A stretch of DNA of 40,863 bases, taken from the IMG/VR virus record IMGVR_UViG_3300017766_000521, positions 1-40,863 of that record. The stretch is one strand, 5' to 3'. This DNA comes from a virus. Its lineage: Duplodnaviria > Caudoviricetes. The notes under the pieces were generated by a model that was not told where the DNA came from, made no database searches, and worked only from the letters and a program-made list of their open reading frames with translations. Made by a program: the position numbers and the translations under genes. Within the stretch, counting starts at the first letter, position 1; each line of letters opens with the position of its first letter. This document shows, one piece after another, positions 9,252-16,112 of this stretch.

Positions 9252-9433
9252 AGGTCATCCCAGAGACGCTGGAGGTAGTCTTCCAGTTCTGGACCGGTGA
9301 GCTTCGACACGTTGTAGTCAAACTCAGCCAAGGTCTCTGAGGCGATTAGCCCGTATTCGATTGCGTCCCTCACGATCTCTTTCAGTTCTGGCATTGGATC
9401 GTGCTGGTCCAGTCGGGGTGCGTTTGGGTTCAT
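9248..9433 (-). CDS. Hypothetical acidic protein
   Basis: 61-aa ORF directly downstream of a candidate phage promoter. Confidence 0.6.
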   Translation of the reverse strand: MNPNAPRLDQHDPMPELKEIVRDAIEYGLIASETLAEFDYNVSKLTGPELEDYLQRLWDDL

Positions 9434-9452
9434 CTTCGTATTTCCCGCTTCG

Positions 9453-9473
9453 CTGCTAGTCCGGGTTGTAGTG
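9453..9473 (-). promoter_or_regulatory. Candidate phage-RNAP promoter CACTACAACCCGGACTAGCAG
   Basis: 18/21 identical to 12234-12254; intergenic, just downstream of RNAP as for T7 phi1.1. Confidence 0.5.
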
Positions 9474-9504
9474 AAAGGTGTAGTGCCTTCACATATGTAA
9501 GCAT

Positions 9505-11955
9505 TTAGGAAAAGAAAAAGTCGGACTCCATCACCCCATCGAGGTCCAAGGAACCAGAGGCGGGGATCGGGTCTAGCTTTTCTTTTACTAGGTCTGGGAG
9601 ACGAGCTTCGAACAGGGCTAACTGGTTCTCCCTGTACATCTCGATGAAAGCGGGCTTAACGCACTCTTTCAGGAAGCGGCTCATGTCACAGGCGTGTACG
9701 CCAAAGCTGTCGTGGATCATCCCGAATGACGTGGTGATCCCGGCAGACATAGCTTTAACCACTGACAACCTAAGTAAGCAGGCGTCATAGCTATGGATGA
9801 AGTTAGGGGCGACGGCTGTAGCCATGTCCCTAGGTTCGAGTTTGTTAGTAGGTTCACGATAGGTTAGCCTGACTCGACCATCCAGATAGGTTGCTACACG
9901 TCCCTCCTTCTCGTTAGGACGATAGTGGATTGCTTCAAACCCGTCAGGCGTGATCCAAGACATGCGTTTGTCATGGGCCGAACCCTCGTTAGCCTTGTTG
10001 ATGTACTTGGTGTACTCGCTGGCTGCTTTGGACAACCACCGCATAGCCTCCTTACCTTTGATAACCGTGTCTTCGATTGCGTCCCAGATCAGTTTAGACA
10101 GGTAGACAATCCGCTCAGTCGGGTCTTCAGTCCCCCATGGACAGGGATGACCATCTTTGAGCTTATCGTTCACAGCCTCACGAGTGTATTCCATGCAGGA
10201 TGAGAAGGTGCCTGCATAAGGTACGACCATGACCTGTCTCTTGGTGGTCTTCCTGTCGATGCCAAAGGTGATCCATTCCTTGTCGAACTTGTGTTCACCC
10301 TTCATCAACACCTCGATCACCCGGTCAGCCACGTCTTGATAGATGTCTTGACGGGGTAAGCCGGGGACAAGATTGACTGACCTCCCCCCTACCTCATCTC
10401 TAAGAAGGGCAGAGTAGTGTTGCAGACCAGAGCAAGTTGCATCCACAGGTGTAACGAAATGGGAAACAAAGCCAAAGCCTGTATCCCAGAAGTCTTTCCA
10501 TTCCTTACAGAAGCGTAAGAATTGGAAAGGCTCAGACGCACTGGTCCAACGAAGGTCAGACCTAGGGTCAGCAGCAATCGAGAAGATCATTTCCTCGTTG
10601 TCTTGAACCCAGTCCACCCGGTCTTGAAGGGCTAGCTTGTCTTTACCGAAAGCGTTAGCCCCAGCTATCGCCAGCCACGCAGCGTCTTCCTCTGTTTGGA
10701 TTGGCTTACCCTCTGCGAACTCTAGCAGAGCCTTTGTGTAGTCCGGTCCTTGCGGGTTGAGGAAGGCTGGGACAGGGTATGCCCTGCCTCTACTGTCTAA
10801 CTGGTGTGGGAAGTAGATCGACTTAAAGTTCTTGAACTGTTTAGCCACGTTGACGGTGGCTAGCATCATCAACCGCTTCGAGATGATCTCTCGATTACGG
10901 CTGTGGATCAGGAAGCACAGACGATCATGGTTATCCCTGATAGCCTCGTCAGTCCTGTAACCCGGAGGTTCATCAGGGATACGCTCCTCGTCTGCACGAG
11001 GTAGACCAGCAAACCCTGCACCCCTCTCATAGATAGCCCAGTCCAAGACATCCAAGACATGTTTGTTCACCCGCCAGCCTGTCTCTTGCAGAGCGTTGAC
11101 GGCGGGAAGAACGGTAGACCAATCCATACCCATCAACCTAGGTATGTCCCGCTTACGGGAACCCTTGATGATGGGGTAACGCCGGATTGACTTGGTAGAC
11201 AGGTATCCACCTCTGAACAGCGTTGTAGTAGTCCAAGCCACAGGCTTAACCACCATTGGCATGTAGATCATGAAGTCGAGGACACGCTTCTCAATAGCCT
11301 CCTCAATCGCCTTCACAAGTGTAGGCACTGGGTCAACAAAGATTGACTGAGGGCCTGTCTGGATTAGCCCTGTGCTGTCCCTGAACAAGAGGAGGAGGGC
11401 GTAGCCCACATGGAGCTTGTCATGGGTTGACCATTGAGACCAATCAAGCTGCTCAGCGTGGAAGTAGTTCATGATGGTTCTGCGTCTCCAGTCCCTAGGG
11501 TAAGTCCTCTTGTCAAAGGTCTGGAACAGCTTCTTTAGGAGGGTCTTCCTCTCCTTGGTCTGGGAGAACGTCCTGATCCTCCACTCGTCATGAATCAGGT
11601 CAGCCGCTCGTATGCACAGGCTTACCCGTTTAACCCGTCTACGGTGGGTTAGCGGGATGAGGTTGTAGAGAGCCTTGGTGAACAGGTGAGCTATCACGGC
11701 AGGCTCTAGACCAGTCTGTCTGAGCTTCTCAGCCGCTCTGTTGTGTCTCCTGCCAAAGGTAGCTGGCTGGTTGAGAAAGGCGTCTACAGCCTCTGCAAAG
11801 GCTCCTGAGGCCTGCCTATGGAAGACAATCCCTAACTTACTCTCTGACCAAGCCTGACGCCTGTTAGCCTTCTCGTTATCCTTAGACACACGAGACTTGG
11901 CTTGCTCTAGGGTCTTTAACTCCAGTTCAAGTTGAGTAGACACAAGGTCTGTCAT
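9505..11955 (-). CDS. Single-subunit DNA-dependent RNA polymerase (T7 gp1-like)
   Basis: DSRGRAY, PVDATCSGLQHY, RKTTKRQVMVVPY, APNFIHSYDA, IHDSFG, C-terminal FFFS. Confidence 0.98.
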   Translation of the reverse strand: MTDLVSTQLELELKTLEQAKSRVSKDNEKANRRQAWSESKLGIVFHRQASGAFAEAVDAFLNQPATFGRRHNRAAEKLRQTGLEPAVIAHLFTKALYNLIPLTHRRRVKRVSLCIRAADLIHDEWRIRTFSQTKERKTLLKKLFQTFDKRTYPRDWRRRTIMNYFHAEQLDWSQWSTHDKLHVGYALLLLFRDSTGLIQTGPQSIFVDPVPTLVKAIEEAIEKRVLDFMIYMPMVVKPVAWTTTTLFRGGYLSTKSIRRYPIIKGSRKRDIPRLMGMDWSTVLPAVNALQETGWRVNKHVLDVLDWAIYERGAGFAGLPRADEERIPDEPPGYRTDEAIRDNHDRLCFLIHSRNREIISKRLMMLATVNVAKQFKNFKSIYFPHQLDSRGRAYPVPAFLNPQGPDYTKALLEFAEGKPIQTEEDAAWLAIAGANAFGKDKLALQDRVDWVQDNEEMIFSIAADPRSDLRWTSASEPFQFLRFCKEWKDFWDTGFGFVSHFVTPVDATCSGLQHYSALLRDEVGGRSVNLVPGLPRQDIYQDVADRVIEVLMKGEHKFDKEWITFGIDRKTTKRQVMVVPYAGTFSSCMEYTREAVNDKLKDGHPCPWGTEDPTERIVYLSKLIWDAIEDTVIKGKEAMRWLSKAASEYTKYINKANEGSAHDKRMSWITPDGFEAIHYRPNEKEGRVATYLDGRVRLTYREPTNKLEPRDMATAVAPNFIHSYDACLLRLSVVKAMSAGITTSFGMIHDSFGVHACDMSRFLKECVKPAFIEMYRENQLALFEARLPDLVKEKLDPIPASGSLDLDGVMESDFFFS

Positions 11956-11986
11956 GTTGACCTACTCCTTTAGACAAGGGTTGGAG

Positions 11987-12217
11987 TAGGTAGACACAGA
12001 TATACCTAGGTTAACTTAAGGTAGACATATATACATACTACATGTAATAGTTGTAGTATATACATAGGTTAACCTAGTTAGACATGGGTATACATTAGTG
12101 TATACATATGTATACATATACTACTACTACATGTTGTATGTAGTAAGGTATACATAAGGTATACATGGTATACATAGGTTAATATAGGTTAACCTAGGTA
12201 TATACTGTGTCTACCTA
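11987..12217. repeat. AT-rich imperfect ~230-bp palindrome built from GTATAC/GTTAAC/CCTAGG/TACAT units
   Basis: Arms 11987-12015 TAGGTAGACACAGATATACCTAGGTTAAC and 12188-12217 GTTAACCTAGGTATATACTGTGTCTACCTA are reverse complements apart from one extra A; inner segments are also roughly complementary. Confidence 0.85.
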
Positions 12218-12233
12218 TTTAAACGGGTGTGTT

Positions 12234-12254
12234 CTACTAGTACGGGCTGTAGTG
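12234..12254 (-). promoter_or_regulatory. Candidate phage-RNAP promoter CACTACAGCCCGTACTAGTAG
   Basis: 18/21 identical to 9453-9473; points into the palindrome and the RNAP gene. Confidence 0.5.
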
Positions 12255-12258
12255 TTAA

Positions 12259-12486
12259 CTAATTGATTTCACTTAGGTATGGACTAGACCATAACTCGGT
12301 TAACAGATCGTCTGCCCCGGTGAACAATGTTTCATGAGGTATGATCCGTTCACCCCTGATTTGGACCTGTCTTTCATCTGTCAAGTTGAAGATGAGAAGA
12401 TGGTCTGTCTTGGTTTTAACTAGGGTGACGACCTCTATCCTACGGTTTAGCATAAGTATTGGCAGAAGGTCGATCAGTGCTGCCAT
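12259..12486 (-). CDS. Hypothetical protein between attP and RNAP
   Basis: 75 aa; SD GAGGGGG; preceded by a sigma70-like promoter; an operator-like motif covers the ATG. Confidence 0.55.
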   Translation of the reverse strand: MAALIDLLPILMLNRRIEVVTLVKTKTDHLLIFNLTDERQVQIRGERIIPHETLFTGADDLLTELWSSPYLSEIN

Positions 12487-12537
12487 ATGTGTAACCCCCT
12501 CGGTAACGGTGTCTGCACTGCTGTAGTGACTACACCG

Positions 12538-12567
12538 ATGATACCCAGATTAGGAACATGTTAGCAA
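12538..12567 (-). promoter_or_regulatory. Host sigma70-like promoter TTGCTA-N18-TATCAT driving the RNAP operon
   Basis: -35 at 12562-12567 and -10 at 12538-12543; the -10 overlaps motif TACACCGATG at 12531-12540. Confidence 0.5.
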
Positions 12568-12617
12568 CTGTCTTTTTCAGTCAGTTACTTAGTTCCTACG
12601 CTGCTGATATTTATGAG

Positions 12618-12659
12618 GGTTTAGGAAACCGCTGCTCTATCCTGCTGAGCTACGGGACC
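12618..12659 (-). other. attP core: 5' half of tRNA-Arg (anticodon CCT)
   Basis: Minus strand GGTCCCG TA GCTC AGCAGGATA GAGC A GCGGT TTCCTAA ACC gives the acceptor 5' strand, full D arm and anticodon loop; then it diverges, with no T arm or CCA. Lies ~120 bp downstream of the integrase. Confidence 0.88.
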
Positions 12660-12781
12660 GACGCCTCTTCAATCAGTTAGCGCAATGAATGGCCTAGGCT
12701 AGTGCCAGTTCATGGCACAAGATTTGGCACAGGATTCACCCCTTGTCCACGCCTGTTGTGACTCGTTTTGACGATGTTTGC

Positions 12782-13735
12782 TCATTTTGAGTCCAAGGCT
12801 CTGGCTGCTTGTTCCAAGTCACCGGGAGCAAGGCGTGCATAGCGTAGCGTCGTAGTGATGTCGGCATGACCAAGCCAATCCTTCACTCGCCTCAAGTCGA
12901 TGCCTCGCTGCACTAGGCGGCAGGCACAGGTGTGTCGGAGGATGTGCGGGATAACCTGTTTGTCATGGGTGAACCCTGCGGCTTGCTTGGCGTGAGCCCA
13001 GCGTCTGCGAAGGATCGTATAGGTCATATCTGTGAAGGGACCGGCTTGATTGTGCTTATGCGCCCTAGCCCATGCGATAGCCTGTCTGACTGGGGCGGTC
13101 AGAGGGACTGTCCTAGGTTTGCCGCCCTTGGTGATCCAGAAGGTGACACCTTGGTCAGAGATGTCTTGCCAGTGTAGGCGGAAGGCTTCTCCATAGCGGC
13201 AACCTGTGTAGAGCAAGAAGCGGCAGAAGTGGTAAGCCTCCTCGTCCATCTGTGAGAACAGGCGTAGCTCCTCGTCTTCAGTGAGAAACCTGATGCGTCC
13301 TTCGTCCTTCTGCGGGTTCAGGATGATCTCAGGCAGAGAGGTGAGCAGGCGTTGACGCTTGGCTAGCTTGAGGAGCTTGGAAAGCCGGGTGAGCTTGTTG
13401 TTGATGGTCTGGTCAGCCTTACCTTCACGTCTGTAATCATTGACCAAATGATCTATCACTCGCTCGTCTATTTTATAGACAGGGAGGGAGTAGCCAATCC
13501 GGTTGATGAGGTCTTTAGTGATGGACCTAGCACCGTCGTAGTCTTTTGTGTTTGACCACAACTCAGCACACAGGTTAGGGAACAGCCTGCCTATGCTAGA
13601 CTCATCCCTAGCCTTCATGTGAGCAGCGTTCCGCTCAAAGGCTATCGCCTCTGCCTCGGTGTTGAACTGAGGTCTGATGCGTTTGCCATCGACAACGCAG
13701 TCAGCCTGCCACTTATCGCCTCTGCGTCTAGCCAT
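12782..13735 (-). CDS. int: Tyrosine recombinase / phage integrase
   Basis: YTGCRYGE (R), TKGGKPR (K), HILRHT (HxxR), LGHADITTTLRY (H,Y); N-terminal arm-binding-like domain. Start at ATG 13735. Confidence 0.96.
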   Translation of the reverse strand: MARRRGDKWQADCVVDGKRIRPQFNTEAEAIAFERNAAHMKARDESSIGRLFPNLCAELWSNTKDYDGARSITKDLINRIGYSLPVYKIDERVIDHLVNDYRREGKADQTINNKLTRLSKLLKLAKRQRLLTSLPEIILNPQKDEGRIRFLTEDEELRLFSQMDEEAYHFCRFLLYTGCRYGEAFRLHWQDISDQGVTFWITKGGKPRTVPLTAPVRQAIAWARAHKHNQAGPFTDMTYTILRRRWAHAKQAAGFTHDKQVIPHILRHTCACRLVQRGIDLRRVKDWLGHADITTTLRYARLAPGDLEQAARALDSK

Positions 13736-14081
13736 TGTTACGCTTGCCTCCCATAGCCTCACGCAAGCCATCCACGAAGGATCGACCTGTCTTGGTCAGG
13801 GTCAAGATACGGTATCGCCGGTCAGCCGGGTCTTCGACACGGGTCACGAAGTTCTTACCCGGCTTCTTGTCGAACCTGATGTCAGCCCAGTAGGAGATGT
13901 TTCTAGAGGCGCTGGCATTGGTTAGGCCCAAGCCATCCTCCAGTTCCTTCTGGGTACACGAGCCCCGAACAGCCACGAACAGGATTGCTCGCAGGGTTTG
14001 AATTGGTATCTCATTGTCAACAGTTTCACTGATGTAACCTAGGGCGCTCTCTAGCCCCACGATTGTACCTGAGTTGCTCAT
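13728..14081 (-). CDS. MarR-family winged-HTH regulator, probable repressor
   Basis: TQKELEDGLGLTNASASRNI helix-turn-helix and EDPADRRYRILTLTKTG wing; coupled to int. Confidence 0.85.
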   Translation of the reverse strand: MSNSGTIVGLESALGYISETVDNEIPIQTLRAILFVAVRGSCTQKELEDGLGLTNASASRNISYWADIRFDKKPGKNFVTRVEDPADRRYRILTLTKTGRSFVDGLREAMGGKRNNG

Positions 14082-14253
14082 TTGTGATGTGTCCCCGTCT
14101 CATGTCGTACAGTAGCCAAGAGATACACAGGGCGCTGATTAATGCACACAACAGCGCCTGAACGTACAAACCCTTGGTGATCCCGACGTAAACCCCGTAG
14201 ATACCCATAGCTGAAAACACGAGGCGACTAGTGCCGTATACAAGTGTCTTCAT
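14026..14253 (-). CDS. Small membrane protein with two TM segments, first gene of the repressor-integrase operon
   Basis: Two hydrophobic stretches; follows the promoter at 14272-14300. Confidence 0.55.
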   Translation of the reverse strand: MKTLVYGTSRLVFSAMGIYGVYVGITKGLYVQALLCALISALCISWLLYDMRRGHITNEQLRYNRGARERPRLHQ

Positions 14254-14271
14254 TGTTGCCCCCATGCTGTT

Positions 14272-14300
14272 TAATTAGCCTTACACACAGGTGTAGTCAA
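14272..14300 (-). promoter_or_regulatory. Host sigma70-like promoter TTGACT-N17-TAATTA with paired operator-like motifs
   Basis: -35 at 14295-14300 and -10 at 14272-14277; motifs at 14286-14295 and 14303-14312. Confidence 0.6.
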
Positions 14301-14323
14301 TGCACAAGTGTAGCCCCTGCGCT

Positions 14324-14497
14324 TTAAAAAAGGGGTAACTTGTAAACGCCAAGCTCATAAAGCTGCCTTAGCTGGGTCAGCTCCTGTTCCCATGCGATGA
14401 CGTGGGGTTGATCCTGTTCACCTGTCCACCATGCCAGATCAACCGCTTTCTTGAGGTCGAGCAGGCGTGAGGTAACGTCTAAGAAGCGGTCATCCAT
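14324..14497 (-). CDS. Hypothetical early protein (57 aa)
   Basis: Manual: MDDRFLDVTSRLLDLKKAVDLAWWTGEQDQPHVIAWEQELTQLRQLYELGVYKLPLF; SD AAGGA; coupled to the upstream stop. Confidence 0.6.
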   Translation of the reverse strand: MDDRFLDVTSRLLDLKKAVDLAWWTGEQDQPHVIAWEQELTQLRQLYELGVYKLPLF

Positions 14498-14693
14498 GGG
14501 TCTGATCCTTGAGGTTAGAGCAGTAAAGATCGGCTAGCTTAGCCATTCGCATGATCTCAATACGTGCTGCCTGTCTGCCCTGTTGTGACCCGTCCTCTAA
14601 GGCTAAGATCAGGATAGAAGCGGCAGACTGCCAGTTCATCTTGATCGGCTGGAAGACTAGCGTCGGGTGTTCTGTGGTCAGCGTGGTTTGCAT
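14490..14693 (-). CDS. Hypothetical early protein
   Basis: SD AGGAG; 67 aa. Confidence 0.65.
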   Translation of the reverse strand: MQTTLTTEHPTLVFQPIKMNWQSAASILILALEDGSQQGRQAARIEIMRMAKLADLYCSNLKDQTHG

Positions 14694-14793
14694 TGGTTAA
14701 GCTCCTGATGGTTAGAGGAAGGTCAAGCGGGTGAACCTCGTCAAAGCCTTCGATCATGATGGTATCACCTATGTAGGTATCACACAAGTGTAA

Positions 14794-14961
14794 CTAATGA
14801 CAATGTTCAGGATGGTCAGCCGGGGCTTGTACCCGTACCACCTCCCACCTGATGTCATCGCCTGCGTGTAGCTCAGCGAATGTCATGGCGTCATCCGTCG
14901 TAGTGAATGGTCCATAGATGGTTATCCCGTCGAACGGATTACCTTCTGCGATGATGTACAT
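14794..14961 (-). CDS. Hypothetical early protein (55 aa)
   Basis: SD GGAG before ATG 14961; MYIIAEGNPFDGITIYGPFTT... Confidence 0.6.
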   Translation of the reverse strand: MYIIAEGNPFDGITIYGPFTTTDDAMTFAELHAGDDIRWEVVRVQAPADHPEHCH

Positions 14962-14985
14962 GGTTAGCTCCATCAAGTTAGGTGA

Positions 14986-15006
14986 GAGAGAGGGCTTGCA
15001 CCCTCC
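14986..15006 (-). other. GCAA-tetraloop hairpin downstream of ardC (processing, stability or pause element)
   Basis: GAGGGT-GCAA-GCCCTC stem-loop, extendable with G-U pairs; no U-tract. Confidence 0.45.
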
Positions 15007-15010
15007 CTTG

Positions 15011-15874
15011 TTAGGCGGCGAGCTTCTCAGGCTCAGCAAGCGCAAGGCTGCGGAGATATTCAACCGCCGCGCTCGCTTTGCTAGCAGCGGTGACGAAAGC
15101 GCGTGGATCGTCACGCAACAGACTGATCCAGTTGTCTACATAGGCAGCGTGGCGAGTGGTTGCGTCATAACCAAACTCGGCACACATGAAGGCAGCGCCA
15201 AGCTCAGCGACTAGTTCTTCCGCTGCGTAGGCACGATCCCCGAACCGCTTACCAAACTGGCGATTGCAGCGGCTCTCAGCGCCTGACCAGTGAACCAATT
15301 CATGGAGGGCGGTTCCGTAGTAGCCGTCAGCCGATTGAAAAGAGTCGTAGTTAGGCAGCATGATGAAGTCGCCCGCCGTGGTGTAATAGGCACGCGCCTC
15401 GCCGTGCTTAATGACAGCGCCTGTTGATGCGAGGAAGGCGTCGCAATCCTCATTGCGCTGGTCCAAGTTAACCGGTGCTGGCTTGTCCTGAAGATGGTCA
15501 ATCCCATCACACTGCGCCACGTTAAAGACAGTGAACGACTTGAGGAAGGGTATGCGCTGCATCTCGCCTGTTTGTTCATCCTTCTTGTCGAAGGTGCTGG
15601 CGTATATAACCTGCGTCCCCTTCTCGCCTTTCCGCACGGTGCCGCCCGCTTCCTGAGCTTGCTTGAAGGTGAGCCACTTCGACGTGGTATAGCCACGCTC
15701 TTCAGCCGTGAGCCAAAGCAACACAACGTTTGCACCACTGTAAGCACGGCTTGAGACTGCATTGCGAGGCATACCGCCTGAGCCAATGGTAGACCAAGGC
15801 TTGGTCCAAGGCATGACGCCTTGTTCCATGGCGGCGAGGATACGATCGCTAACTTCTTTGTGAATGTTACGCAT
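15011..15874 (-). CDS. ardC: ArdC-like antirestriction protein (ssDNA-binding DUF1738 plus zincin-like domain)
   Basis: PWTKPW, YSGAN, WLTFKQA...VRKGEKG, FTVFNVAQCDG, HELVHW (HExxH), YAAEELVAELGAAF; SD GGAGG 8 nt before ATG 15874. Confidence 0.92.
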   Translation of the reverse strand: MRNIHKEVSDRILAAMEQGVMPWTKPWSTIGSGGMPRNAVSSRAYSGANVVLLWLTAEERGYTTSKWLTFKQAQEAGGTVRKGEKGTQVIYASTFDKKDEQTGEMQRIPFLKSFTVFNVAQCDGIDHLQDKPAPVNLDQRNEDCDAFLASTGAVIKHGEARAYYTTAGDFIMLPNYDSFQSADGYYGTALHELVHWSGAESRCNRQFGKRFGDRAYAAEELVAELGAAFMCAEFGYDATTRHAAYVDNWISLLRDDPRAFVTAASKASAAVEYLRSLALAEPEKLAA

Positions 15875-15900
15875 GGTCATTACCTCCATATGTGTAAGCG

Positions 15901-15999
15901 TTAGCTAAACAGCCATTCGGTAGCGTTAAACGCACAGTACATCAGCCAAACGATGCCAAGCCCTGCGGAGATGTGTTCGGTTAGCTCATTGGTGGACAT
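15901..15999 (-). CDS. Putative 32-aa membrane peptide, first early gene
   Basis: MSTNELTEHISAGLGIVWLMYCAFNATEWLFS; SD AGGTG; directly downstream of the early promoter. Confidence 0.4.
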   Translation of the reverse strand: MSTNELTEHISAGLGIVWLMYCAFNATEWLFS

Positions 16000-16052
16000 T
16001 GTTGCACCTATGTAAGCATGTTGACGCCGTGTTATCGATCAACCATGAAAAC

Positions 16053-16112
16053 AACTTACACACATGCAGGGATCAGGTCAATAGAAAAAATTCAGAAAAG
16101 CAAAAAATATTT
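16053..16112 (-). promoter_or_regulatory. Major early host promoter TTGACC-N17-(TG)TAAGTT with A/T-tract UP element
   Basis: -35 at 16076-16081, -10 at 16053-16058, T-tracts at 16082-16112; motif TACACACATGCA at 16057-16068 overlaps the spacer and -10. Confidence 0.72.

Noticed and set aside
12585-12659. Intact phage tRNA-Arg gene
   Set aside because: Sequence diverges after the anticodon loop; no T arm, 3' acceptor strand or CCA.
12713-12730. Sigma54 promoter TGGCAC-N5-TTGG
   Set aside because: Lacks the invariant -12 GC; better explained as integrase arm repeats.
14557-14787. 76-aa ORF overlapping 14490..14693
   Set aside because: Its start lies within the paired operator motifs and most of it overlaps a better-supported gene; a shorter product from ATG 14758 cannot be excluded.
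15211-15786. 191-aa alternative-frame ORF inside ardC
   Set aside because: Fully nested, Arg/Ser-rich off-frame composition, no SD.
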